A DNA stretch of 64,000 nucleotides from Candidatus Latescibacterota bacterium (GTDB taxonomy: Bacteria > Latescibacterota > UBA2968 > UBA8231): NCBI GenBank assembly GCA_965242865.1, contig CBDETK010000013.1, forward strand, positions 4,320,001 to 4,384,000. The letters are read 5' to 3'. The notes below the pieces were generated by a model that worked only from the letters and a program-made list of their open reading frames with translations, was not told the origin of the DNA and made no database searches. Of this stretch, positions 37,895-46,837 are shown one piece after another (the stretch's first letter is position 1; the number at the start of each line of letters is the position of its first letter). Position numbers and translations under genes: made by a program.

Positions 37895-38015
37895 CTAAGC
37901 GGGGAGCGTCGGCATGAGCCTTTCTTTGGCTTTTGACCTGCTTGACGCTTGGAGCTAAAGTTACGCGATTTTTCAAAGAAGTAATACGTATGATACAGCC
38001 TAATGGGAGGCTAAC

Positions 38016-38387
38016 ATGGCCGTTAAAAAGCTGACCCTGAGCGCACCAGAGGAAGTTATCGCCGAGACCAAGCGGATCGCGGCGAAAAAGAAAACCAGCG
38101 TTTCGGCACTTTTCGTGCGGCTTTTTCGCACGATTGACCGAGAATGCGATCCTAAAGACGCTCTAGGCCCGATTGCGCTCAGTGCATCTGGAATCGTGAA
38201 GTTGCCAGCGGATCAAACAGAAAGCGAGTTAATCGAAGACGCGCTTGCTGAAAAATATGAGATGCGAGTTGGTGCCCATGTTCTGATCACGCGCAATCCG
38301 AATGACTTCCCGCAGCTAGGGGTGAGCATTGCGACGCCCGAGGAGTTTCTGCAAATATGGGCCGATCGACGCGACGAATGCCTATAA
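38016..38387 (+). pseudogene. DUF6364-like antitoxin fused in frame to a PIN-toxin C-terminal remnant
   Basis: KKLTLS..EVI...KRIA.KKKTSVSAL ... LAEKY followed directly by AHVLITRNPNDF...IATPEEFL; no PIN N-terminal DTN motif. Confidence 0.65.
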
Positions 38388-38417
38388 GCGCATCCATCAG
38401 TTGGCTGTGGTAGCACC

Positions 38418-38443
38418 AGCGGAGGTCCTTTCGCGGCCTCCGC
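38418..38443 (+). repeat. 26-bp direct repeat of 37859-37884
   Basis: AGCGGAGGTCCTTTCGCGGCCTCCGC identical in both places. Confidence 0.9.
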
Positions 38444-38478
38444 ACTAAGCCGCTGAGAATTCCGCTAAACGAGGGCCG

Positions 38479-39903
38479 CTAATTAGTTATAACGGCACCG
38501 TTTGCTACCATGGCGGGGATGTGTGTGTTGATTGATGCTTGGCTGAGAGGGTTTCCGCTCAGCTGGGTCGAAAAACTCGAGCGTTGAGCCGCAGATATGG
38601 GGATCAACGGACTCACATCCACAATCTGGTTGTTGGCTAGCTCCAGCACTGTCAAGCTGGTTAGGCTGCCCAACCCCTGTAGATTCACAATCCGGTTGCC
38701 GTATAGATTCAGCCTTGTCAGACTGGTTAGATTGCCCAACGCACTCACATTCACAATCCGGTTGTTGCGCAGACCCAGGTATGTCAGATTGGTTAGGTTG
38801 TGCAACGCACTTACATTCACAATCCGATTGTCGCGTAGCTCCAGGTATGTCAGATTGGTTAGGTTGCGCAACGCACTCACACTCGTAATCGAGTTGTTCC
38901 ACAGCTCCAGCGTCTCCAGCCCTGTCGCGTGTTCAAGGCCGGCCAAGTCCGCAATGCTTCGAGAGTTCGCTCGGAGTAAGGTCAGGGAAGCCAGATCCGC
39001 CGGGGTAATATCCCGGGGCGGGCAACCATCCGTCGGGCAAACTGTCCACCGCACCGCAAGCTCCAGATTGGCGTCGGGGATGAGTTTCGGTTCCTCCAGT
39101 TCTGGATAGACTTGGACGGTTTCGACGCGGGGGTATTTTTCTATTACCGCTACGACGCGGAGGCCGCTTGTTATCGCGGCGGCGAGTTGTTGGTTAGCGG
39201 CGTGCTGGCTAAGGGCGTTTTCCATCACGCCCAGCCATTGCAGGTTGGTCAGGCTCGCCAAGGGACTTATATCCGCAATCGCGTTGTCCCCTAGCTGGAG
39301 AAATTGCAGGTTCGTTAGGCGAGCTAATGGACTCACGTCGGTAATTTCGTTGCCCCACATATCCAGCGTGCGCAAGCGGATCAGGCTGGCCAGCGGACTC
39401 GCATCCGCCACCTTGTTGCCCCACAGCGACAACGTTTGAAGGTTGGTCAAGCTGGCCAACGGCTGCACGTCGGTAATCGCGTTGCCTCGCAGATACAACG
39501 TTGTCAGGGCCGTCGCGTGTTCGAGGCCGGCCACGCTCTCAATGTCTTTATAGCTAGCGTCAAGTTCGGTTAGGGCCGCCAAGTCTGCCGGGGTAATCGG
39601 CCCTGCCGGGCGATCCAACGCTTCCCGCACACACCGCTCCAAATTGGCGTCGGCAAACGCCACGGTGGCCGATTGGGTGCTATCGGCGTCGGCGTCGGTT
39701 TGGGTGGTGTCGGGGCTTTCCGGGGCGGGCAGCCCGTCGGTAGCGGTGTAGGTGTCGCCGCCCAAGAATTCGCACAAGGAACAGGTGGCTTTGCCCGCTG
39801 GACGAGAGGCGACCGGCGCGGAGTCCGAGCAGCCCATCCAAGTGCCGACGATGCCCAAAAGGACGAACGCAAGTAGGGTTTTGAGAGATTTCAACGAAAG
39901 CAT
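38479..39903 (-). CDS. Internalin-like leucine-rich repeat lipoprotein
   Basis: AAGGAG RBS; WMGC lipobox-like site; two caps (DANLE..VR..ITPADL) each followed by 22-aa LxxLxLxxNxI repeats. Confidence 0.9.
   Translation of the reverse strand: MLSLKSLKTLLAFVLLGIVGTWMGCSDSAPVASRPAGKATCSLCEFLGGDTYTATDGLPAPESPDTTQTDADADSTQSATVAFADANLERCVREALDRPAGPITPADLAALTELDASYKDIESVAGLEHATALTTLYLRGNAITDVQPLASLTNLQTLSLWGNKVADASPLASLIRLRTLDMWGNEITDVSPLARLTNLQFLQLGDNAIADISPLASLTNLQWLGVMENALSQHAANQQLAAAITSGLRVVAVIEKYPRVETVQVYPELEEPKLIPDANLELAVRWTVCPTDGCPPRDITPADLASLTLLRANSRSIADLAGLEHATGLETLELWNNSITSVSALRNLTNLTYLELRDNRIVNVSALHNLTNLTYLGLRNNRIVNVSALGNLTSLTRLNLYGNRIVNLQGLGSLTSLTVLELANNQIVDVSPLIPISAAQRSSFSTQLSGNPLSQASINTHIPAMVANGAVITN
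38616..38900 (-). repeat. 66-bp tandem repeats encoding LRR units
   Basis: Recurrent CACATTCACAATCCG and GTCAGATTGGTTAG with 66-nt period; boundaries approximate. Confidence 0.8.
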
Positions 39904-39980
39904 TTTTTGCTCCTTTGTATGGTTGGGGAAGAAATGGTATGGAGGTGTGGAAGAGGGGCATGACGCCCCGAAAGAGGCAG

Positions 39981-40000
39981 AGTTAGCCCTAGGGCTAACT
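39981..40000. promoter_or_regulatory. Perfect 20-bp palindrome upstream of the LRR gene
   Basis: AGTTAGCCCT|AGGGCTAACT. Confidence 0.5.
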
Positions 40001-40095
40001 TGGAATTTGCTGGTGTTCTGGCGGCGTCCGGGGCGAGAAGATTCCGCCCTCGGTCCTTGGCAGACAGGTTGCGGGGGTGGTGCAGTAAACGTGGA

Positions 40096-40191
40096 TCAGC
40101 ATAAAGGCCGCACGGCAGCGTGCGCTTGGGGTCGTGCGGCCAGACCGACGCGACGCCCAATGGCCGCGCACGAGCCGTCGGCCTATGCTGA
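40096..40191. other. 96-nt imperfect inverted repeat / structured element
   Basis: TCAGCATA...TATGCTGA outer arms with nested complementary blocks. Confidence 0.55.
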
Positions 40192-40392
40192 GAAGTGGAG
40201 AGTTTAGTGCTTGGTGCTAGAGAAGAATTTTCGGGGGGGGAGTAAGTCGTTGTTTTTCAAGGGCTTACGACGCATTAAATCCGACGATGAATCCAAGCAT
40301 CCAACAGGGTTTTGCCCCACAGCAAGGCCCCTGTCTGATATGAAATGCTTAACCATCGTCTCGTTCATTCGCCAACTCCAAATGGGCCGCTG

Positions 40393-40493
40393 TAACGGGC
40401 AGGCACGGGGGCCTGCCCCAACGGGATTCTAACGGGCAGGCTACGGAGGCCCGCCCCAACGCTAACGGGCAGGCTACGGGGGCCTGCCCCAAC
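40393..40493. repeat. Three tandem REP-like palindromes
   Basis: TAACGGGCAGGC(T)ACGG[GA]GGCC[TC]GCCCCAAC at 40393, 40430, 40463. Confidence 0.85.
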
Positions 40494-40541
40494 AATCTTT
40501 ACGTTAAAAAAGCCCTTACGCAACCCTCACGCAAGGGGCAA

Positions 40542-41225
40542 CTAGTCGCCGCTTAGATCGAAGTGGCGGGCCTGCGGCTTGGGGGGTGGGGCGATGCGGA
40601 AGAGGAAGCGTTGTAAGGGGCGAGACAGGGCCATGAGCAGTTGGTGCTCGCCTTGTTTGTTGCCGCCGAAGAGCTGGAGTTGCACCGGCTGGTAATTGCG
40701 TTGTGTGCCCCCCTGCTGCCAGACTTGATTGGTGTTGAAGTTGATCAGGCTGACCTTGAGATCGACCGTCAGATCGATGCCGGGGTTGGGCGACATGCCG
40801 TAAGGCGTAGGCGAAATGGGCATCATCCGCGCTTGTAAGTGCCTCAGCTCGACGAAGACTAAGGCGTCGAGCTCGAGCTCTTCCTGAATAACGGCGCGGA
40901 TCGAGTCTTGGTGGACGCTCGTCGAGTCGAGGCGGACCCCTTTGATCTTGTACGTGATCTCGTCTTGGTTCATCACTTCGGTCTTGGGCATGTTGCTGAG
41001 GCTGCGGGCCACGGCGTTGGACAGCCGCGCCATGACCTTTTCGATGTCCAACTCGCGGAAAGGTTCGATGTTGGTCGTGCAAACGACGCCGAGGTGATCG
41101 ACTTCTGCGAGGAAGGGGCGCAAAGCCGGGTCGGGTTGCGCGGGGGCGCGAAATTCGACCCGGGTGAAAGCACTGCGGCTGCCGCAGCCCGCAATGAGCA
41201 GTGCGAGGAAAGCGACGCGGATCAA
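40542..41225 (-). CDS. Hypothetical lipoprotein
   Basis: LLIAGC lipobox; start overlaps the Omp85 gene stop. Confidence 0.75.
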   Translation of the reverse strand: MIRVAFLALLIAGCGSRSAFTRVEFRAPAQPDPALRPFLAEVDHLGVVCTTNIEPFRELDIEKVMARLSNAVARSLSNMPKTEVMNQDEITYKIKGVRLDSTSVHQDSIRAVIQEELELDALVFVELRHLQARMMPISPTPYGMSPNPGIDLTVDLKVSLINFNTNQVWQQGGTQRNYQPVQLQLFGGNKQGEHQLLMALSRPLQRFLFRIAPPPKPQARHFDLSGD

Positions 41226-44200
41226 AAGCTCCGTCCAAAGCTGAAGTGGAACTTGAAGTCCGAGAAGTTGCCCTGCATGTCCATCTGCCGGGCGAATTCA
41301 AAGTTCATCGGCAACAGGAAGTACACCAAGAGGCCGAAGCCGACGCTGGCGTGTATCTGCTGCGGGGAGGATGTAGGGTCGGTGGGAGCGGCGTGTGGAT
41401 CGCGGAAGGGCCACAGGTCGATTGCGTCGTCTTTGTTCCAAGCCATGCCCATATCGACAAACAGGCTGCCGTCCACCGCTGGAATCAGGAAGGTGCCGGG
41501 CCAGCCAAAGAGGATGCCGCGCACAAAGGGCACGCGCAGCTCGACATTGGTCAGCAAGACCCGGCTGCCGGTGAAGGCCGAGAACGGATAGCCGCGCAAG
41601 GGGCCGGTGTTGAGATTGAAGCCCGTGTAAAAGGGCAAGTACCAAATCGGCCCCCCTAAGTTGTATTGGAGGGCGTTGCGGCCCAAAGACCCCACGCCAT
41701 AAGCCCGCAGCCCCAGCACGGACCAACGCCCCAACCGCAAGTAATGGCGATAATCCAATTCGAGGTGCGAGAAAGAGCGCGAGGCCGAGCCGAGGTCGAG
41801 CGTCCGCCCCACCGAGAGGAAGTAGCGTTTGCCAGCCGTGGCCCCCAAGAGACCGTAGGTAATGGAGTCGTGGACGTAGGCGGTCTTGAACAGATGCGTG
41901 CTGGTAACAGAAGTGGAATCGGCTTCGTAGAAGGGACTGACCTGTTCTTCTTGCTCGCCGACGTACGTATAGCTCAGGTCGAGGCGGCGATAGAGATCGA
42001 GCGGGTAGCTGGCGTTGGCCAAGGCGCCGCGCTGCTGGAGACGGCTAATGCCCCGAGAGGGGGAGCGGCCTTGAACGATAAAGTTGCGGTTGTTGATGAA
42101 GTACTGGTTCCAATTGAAAATGGATGCGCGGTACGTGGGCCGCTTGCCGTAGTATTTGTAGTTGGCGGCAAAGTTGAAGTCGTTGCTGATGTCTTGGGCC
42201 GCCACGTAATCTGTGGCCAAGACCAGCGAGTGATTGCCCAAAAGATCGCTCATGCCGAGCTGGGCAATCGACGATAGAAACCCATCAAAATAGCCCATCT
42301 GCAAGGAGATGCCGTCAAATTCGAGCTTGGGGGTGTAGCGGCGTCGGCGCAGCTCCAATTCGCCGTCGGGGTCGAGCGGGACGGTCGCTTGTGGCTCTGG
42401 GGCTTCGGCCGGCGGCAGCGAGCCGCTGGCCCCGGCTAGGAGCACGGCATCGCCCGAAAGCGCCCGATCCTTCAGGGCCGAGACCTGCCCTAAGCCGGGG
42501 ACGCCGCCTTGGTCGGAGAGCGCGGCGTCGCCCTGTACCACGGGCCTCGGCGGCGGCTCTGGGGCGGGCGGCGCGGATTCAGCCTCGGCGGCGCGGGCCA
42601 GCAGGTGGGCGTCTTGGCGCTTGACCTCGGGCCATTCGGGCATGGCCATCCGGTAGAGATGGCTGCGGCCCTTGAAGTACGTGTTGAACACGATCTGCCG
42701 GCCGTCGGGCGAAAGGGCGGGATTCATAATGCCGCTGAGGCTGCGGGTTAGGCGAAATTCGCGGCCCTCGTCGAGGTGATAGACGAAGAGATCGTTGATT
42801 TTGTCGCGGGTGGAGACGAAGAGCAGCTTGTTGCCTTCGGGCAGCCACTGCGGCCACAGATCGTCGGTGGGGCTGGCTATGGCTGGGCGCGCCGCGTCCT
42901 CGGTTAGATCGTAAATTTTGATGTCGAACTGGTTGCGGTACTTGATGCTAAAGGCGATGCGCTGGCCGTCGGGCGACCAACTCGGGTGGTCTTCGCGCTC
43001 GGGCGTCCCGGTGAGCTGACGCCGCTCGCCGGTCTGCACGTCCATGAGGTAGAGATCGCTCTGGCCCTGTCCGGTGCCGATAAAGGCGAGTTGGCGACTG
43101 TCCGGCGACCAAGTTAGGCTCTCGACGAGATCCATATCGGGCATAGTCAGGGTCTGCACGAGCTCCTTGTCGTAGAGATCCCACAGCAGGATGCGGTCGC
43201 GAGGGCCTTCTTTGGCGACAAAGGCGATGGTCTGGCCGTCCTGTGCCCAAGCCACGGTGCCGCTGCCGATGCTGAGGTGATCGTAGTTGGCGGCGCGCAT
43301 GCTTGCGGTGACGCGCTCGACGAGCGAGGCGTCGCGCAGGCGGATGATATCTACGTGCTGCTCGATCCCGTCGGAGGAATGGACGGCGAGCATGTCGCCG
43401 CTGAGCGACCAGCAGGCGTTGGAGAAGCTGTGGGTATCGTCGTCGTCGCCTATTTTCTCGGCAAATTCAGAGGTGTAGTCGCGCGTCTGCAAGAGGGGCC
43501 AGTAGGTTTTGCGCATCTGGGCCGACCAGCGCTCGTCGAGGGTTTTCAAGTCCATGCCTATCAGGCGATCCATGAGCTTGTCGGTGTTGTGCTGGCTGTC
43601 CCACAGGCGGAGGATGCGGCTGATTTTTTCGGGGCCGTAGTGCTGGGCAATGTATTCCATGAGCGCGTGGCTCTGCTTGTACGCGAGGAACACGTTGCCT
43701 TGGCCCCAAGCCTGATTCATGGTTTCGAGGGGAATGAGGCCATCGGTGAGCACGGCGTCGCGGAGGACCATTTCATCGACCGTGTTGCGCCCCGGGGTGG
43801 TGTATTCGGCCATGCCCTCCATGAGCCAAGTGGGCGGCTGGGCAATTGGGCTGGTGATGCGGCGAATGGGGCCTTTGTGAACGATGTCGTACTGGAAGAT
43901 GTGGGTCAGCTCGTGGACGAGGACATTGCGGAATTCGTCGAGATCGCCGGCAAAGGGGACGACCATGCGGAAGCGTAGCGGCTCGGCAAAGCCGGCCACG
44001 CCGGGCGGCAGAAAGTCGGGGAAGATGTTGGTCTGCTGGAACTGGTAGTGCGACTGATAGATGACGACCGGCGGCCGGTGCGAAAGCTCGTGGTGTAGGA
44101 TTTGACTGATGTGATCGTACCCCTCTTCGAGGTACTCGATGGCCTGTACGGCCAGATTCTGGAATTCAGGCTCAAAGTGCAGCTCTATGTGCTCGCTTTC

Positions 44201-44365
44201 GAGTATCTCCCATTGGAAGTCCCGGTAGCGGACCTTGTTTTTACCGAACCCCTGCTGCAACTGCGAGGTGAGGATGTCTTGGGCGTCGAGGTCGGCGACG
44301 CCCCAAGCGAGCAGGGCGACGCCGGCGGCGAGGCTGCGGAATCTCGTGATAGCCTGCACGTTCAC
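41222..44365 (-). CDS. Omp85/BamA-TamA family protein with N-terminal peptidase-MA-like and TolB/PD40 beta-propeller domains
   Basis: FGKNKVRY, HELTH + EGMAEY, repeated WSPDG, PLRGYP, ELRVP, FVDMGMAW, C-terminal FSFGRSF. Confidence 0.88.
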   Translation of the reverse strand: MNVQAITRFRSLAAGVALLAWGVADLDAQDILTSQLQQGFGKNKVRYRDFQWEILESEHIELHFEPEFQNLAVQAIEYLEEGYDHISQILHHELSHRPPVVIYQSHYQFQQTNIFPDFLPPGVAGFAEPLRFRMVVPFAGDLDEFRNVLVHELTHIFQYDIVHKGPIRRITSPIAQPPTWLMEGMAEYTTPGRNTVDEMVLRDAVLTDGLIPLETMNQAWGQGNVFLAYKQSHALMEYIAQHYGPEKISRILRLWDSQHNTDKLMDRLIGMDLKTLDERWSAQMRKTYWPLLQTRDYTSEFAEKIGDDDDTHSFSNACWSLSGDMLAVHSSDGIEQHVDIIRLRDASLVERVTASMRAANYDHLSIGSGTVAWAQDGQTIAFVAKEGPRDRILLWDLYDKELVQTLTMPDMDLVESLTWSPDSRQLAFIGTGQGQSDLYLMDVQTGERRQLTGTPEREDHPSWSPDGQRIAFSIKYRNQFDIKIYDLTEDAARPAIASPTDDLWPQWLPEGNKLLFVSTRDKINDLFVYHLDEGREFRLTRSLSGIMNPALSPDGRQIVFNTYFKGRSHLYRMAMPEWPEVKRQDAHLLARAAEAESAPPAPEPPPRPVVQGDAALSDQGGVPGLGQVSALKDRALSGDAVLLAGASGSLPPAEAPEPQATVPLDPDGELELRRRRYTPKLEFDGISLQMGYFDGFLSSIAQLGMSDLLGNHSLVLATDYVAAQDISNDFNFAANYKYYGKRPTYRASIFNWNQYFINNRNFIVQGRSPSRGISRLQQRGALANASYPLDLYRRLDLSYTYVGEQEEQVSPFYEADSTSVTSTHLFKTAYVHDSITYGLLGATAGKRYFLSVGRTLDLGSASRSFSHLELDYRHYLRLGRWSVLGLRAYGVGSLGRNALQYNLGGPIWYLPFYTGFNLNTGPLRGYPFSAFTGSRVLLTNVELRVPFVRGILFGWPGTFLIPAVDGSLFVDMGMAWNKDDAIDLWPFRDPHAAPTDPTSSPQQIHASVGFGLLVYFLLPMNFEFARQMDMQGNFSDFKFHFSFGRSF

Positions 44366-44955
44366 TCTCCCGTGGATGTAGGTGAATGGTCCGGGCGTCT
44401 AGTCCGCGGCGGATCGCCCAACTTGAATATATCAAGTGAGCCTGTGGAGTCGTGGCTGGCCTGCTGGTATTGTTGCAAGTGGCGCAAGTTGGCGGCATAC
44501 GCGGCTTGGGCGGGATTGAGGGCCTGCGCCCGGCCGTAGAATTGAGCGGCTTTGTCGGTCATGCCGAGCCGCTCGTAGATGACTCCGAGGTTGTTGTGCA
44601 AGCTGGCCGACAAGCTGTCTTGGGCTAGGGCGCGTTCCAAGTGCGATTGGGCCTCGTTCCACATGGCGTTTTCAATGCACCAGAGCGCGTACTTGTTGAC
44701 TTGCTCAATGTCTTGCAACTGCTGGCGCGAGCGCTGGGGGCGATCGACGACGACGAGCGTCGGCATGGGTTGGACGGTGGCCGTGGTGTCGGCGGCTCGA
44801 GCGATGGGTTGGCCCGCTGGCGGCCGGCGCACCAGCTCCAGACAGCCGTGCAGATACAGCACACCCAAGCCAAAGGCCACGAGACGATAGGTATTTTTTG
44901 TGGAGCAATGCACGTGCAATTTTCCCAGCGCGAGGGGGTCGTCGCCTCGCGCCAT
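44362..44955 (-). CDS. Small TPR protein, probably exported
   Basis: LHNNLGVIYERLG..A..Y..A..LNP; LHGC after a hydrophobic stretch; start uncertain. Confidence 0.7.
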   Translation of the reverse strand: MARGDDPLALGKLHVHCSTKNTYRLVAFGLGVLYLHGCLELVRRPPAGQPIARAADTTATVQPMPTLVVVDRPQRSRQQLQDIEQVNKYALWCIENAMWNEAQSHLERALAQDSLSASLHNNLGVIYERLGMTDKAAQFYGRAQALNPAQAAYAANLRHLQQYQQASHDSTGSLDIFKLGDPPRTRRPDHSPTSTGE

Positions 44956-45014
44956 AAGGGTATCCTTACTTACAGACTAAGCAATCGCCGTTCTGTTTCC
45001 GGGTGCTGTTAAAC

Positions 45015-46346
45015 TTATCTGTTCGCCTTGGGGCCGTAAAGCCCATCGCCCCAGCGACGAGCCAGCGCAGTGCCGCATAAGAGCAAGTAAAAAGGCGCGT
45101 ATTGCGCCCACAACACCCACGGCTTTTCTCGCCACACCCCTTCGCTCCCATAGCCGATCTGCACCTCGTACGCGAGGAAGACCAAGCCGCTGAGGAGCAT
45201 CCAAGCGGGGCTGGGGAAAAAGGCGAGGAACGGAAGGACCCACAGCAAGTACCAGGGATGCACGGTCGGCGAGAGCAAGACGTACGCCCCGAGGGTTGCG
45301 AAGGCGGCTCGGTAGGGGTCGCGGTCGCGGATTTGGACGCCGAGCGCCACGAGTGCGAAAAGAGCGGTGCAGAGCCAGCGAGCGTCGGCTGCGGGTACGG
45401 CAACGCGAAAGAGCGAGTAGGCCGCCGCGTTGAAGTGCCAGTGTTGCACGTACGTCAGCAGGCCGGTCGCGAGCTTTTCCCCGGCGCTGGCAAACGGCCA
45501 AACGGCCAATAGCCCCAGCGTTGGAAACAGCAGCAGGGCACTCCGCTGGCGGAGGTCGAACCAATCCGCGCACGGGCGGCGCCAAAAAGTGGGCAACAGC
45601 GCGAGGGGCACGAGTTTGACCAGAAAGGCCCCGGCGAGGGCGCAAACGGCTGCGCCCCAGCGCTCGCTGTGGAGCGCGTACAGGGCTGCGAAGAGGAGCA
45701 AAACGCCCAGCGCGTCGAGGTGACCGCTGCCGGCGACCTCGACTAGGGGCAGGGGATTCCAAGCGTAGAGCACGACGCGACGCGGGTCTTGGCCGCGCCG
45801 GACGAGGCTGTGGGCCAAGAGCAGGCAAAGGCCCCAATCGCACAGCAGCAGGGCCAGTTTGAACGCGGCCGGCGTCGCGCTGAGCAGGCAAATGGCGCGA
45901 AAGAAGAGCTGGGCGAGCGGCGGGTAAATCGTGGGAATGGCGGCGTGGTTGACGCTGGGGTAGAGCGCGTCGCGCAGGTGCGCCACCTGCGGGGCCGAGG
46001 GCGCGTAGAGGTATGGGTTGATGCCGGCTAGCTGGACGCGGCCATCCCAGACGTAGCGGAAAACGTCGTCCGAAAGCGTCGCTGGGGTCCACCACAGCGT
46101 CAGGCGGAAGACTAGGGCGGCCCCGAGAATCAGGTGCGGTCGCCCGGGAGACGCGCCGCGCCGCAGGACGAGATGCGCCGCGAGCGCGTAGCAGAGAAAA
46201 GCGGGCAAGGCCCCGGCCCACAGCGCGTCGATTTGGTGCTGGAGATCGCCGCGGAAGACCCAGTAGCAGCAACAGACCTCTAGGCCACCGGCCAAGAAAA
46301 GCAGGCCGCGCGGCCCCTTATCGCTCGACGCGCCGGGCGCCGACAT
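45015..46346 (-). CDS. GT-C membrane glycosyltransferase (GT87/DUF2029-like)
   Basis: SDDVFRYVWDG..GINPY, TIYPP, YAWNPL..EVAGSGH.D, VHPWY; multiple TM helices. Confidence 0.82.
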   Translation of the reverse strand: MSAPGASSDKGPRGLLFLAGGLEVCCCYWVFRGDLQHQIDALWAGALPAFLCYALAAHLVLRRGASPGRPHLILGAALVFRLTLWWTPATLSDDVFRYVWDGRVQLAGINPYLYAPSAPQVAHLRDALYPSVNHAAIPTIYPPLAQLFFRAICLLSATPAAFKLALLLCDWGLCLLLAHSLVRRGQDPRRVVLYAWNPLPLVEVAGSGHLDALGVLLLFAALYALHSERWGAAVCALAGAFLVKLVPLALLPTFWRRPCADWFDLRQRSALLLFPTLGLLAVWPFASAGEKLATGLLTYVQHWHFNAAAYSLFRVAVPAADARWLCTALFALVALGVQIRDRDPYRAAFATLGAYVLLSPTVHPWYLLWVLPFLAFFPSPAWMLLSGLVFLAYEVQIGYGSEGVWREKPWVLWAQYAPFYLLLCGTALARRWGDGLYGPKANR

Positions 46347-46827
46347 AGCGGACGCGGAAATAAGGATGGTCGAGCGAGGTAATGGTCGCGCCCGTGCTCA
46401 CGCCCACGTGGGCAAAGCGCCCCTTGCCGACGTAAATCCCCACGTGAGAAACGCCCCGCCCTGAGAAGGTGTTCTGAAAGAAAACCAGATCCCCCGGTTT
46501 GAGGTCTTGCCGTCGGCTGACGGAGCGGCCGACGCGGTATATCTGCCTAGAGGTGCGCGGCAATTCAATGCCATAAGTCTGGCGGAAAACCGCGCGGGTA
46601 AAGGCCGAGCAATCCATGCCTGCGCGGGTGGTGCCGCCCCACTTGTAGGGTACGCCGAGATACCCTTCGACGACGCGCACGAGGCGGCTGGGGCTGGCAC
46701 CGCGGCGTTCCTTGAGTTCGCGCACTACGCTATCCGAATCCGTGGCGTCGGCCGTGTACCGCGGCGCCGAGCGGACCGAGCAGCTACACACGGCGAGAAT
46801 GCACGAGAAGAGGAGGAGGGTCCACAT
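46318..46827 (-). CDS. NlpC/P60 (C40) peptidase lipoprotein
   Basis: YLGVPYKWGG, DCSAF, LPRTS, PGDLVFF, SHVGIY. Confidence 0.92.
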   Translation of the reverse strand: MWTLLLFSCILAVCSCSVRSAPRYTADATDSDSVVRELKERRGASPSRLVRVVEGYLGVPYKWGGTTRAGMDCSAFTRAVFRQTYGIELPRTSRQIYRVGRSVSRRQDLKPGDLVFFQNTFSGRGVSHVGIYVGKGRFAHVGVSTGATITSLDHPYFRVRYVGARRVER

Positions 46828-46837
46828 CGGGGCTTGG

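Noticed and set aside
38483-38902. ORF with striking PDCECECV repeats (metallothionein-like)
   Set aside because: Alternate-frame shadow of the 66-bp LRR repeats
40211-40432. 73-aa ORF in the repeat-rich intergenic region
   Set aside because: TTG start, no motifs, and it runs through the G-tract and the first REP unit
40393-40493. Possible CRISPR array or integron attC sites
   Set aside because: Gaps between units are only about 1-6 nt, no cas or intI gene is in the window, and the RYYYAAC/GTTRRRY boxes do not fit
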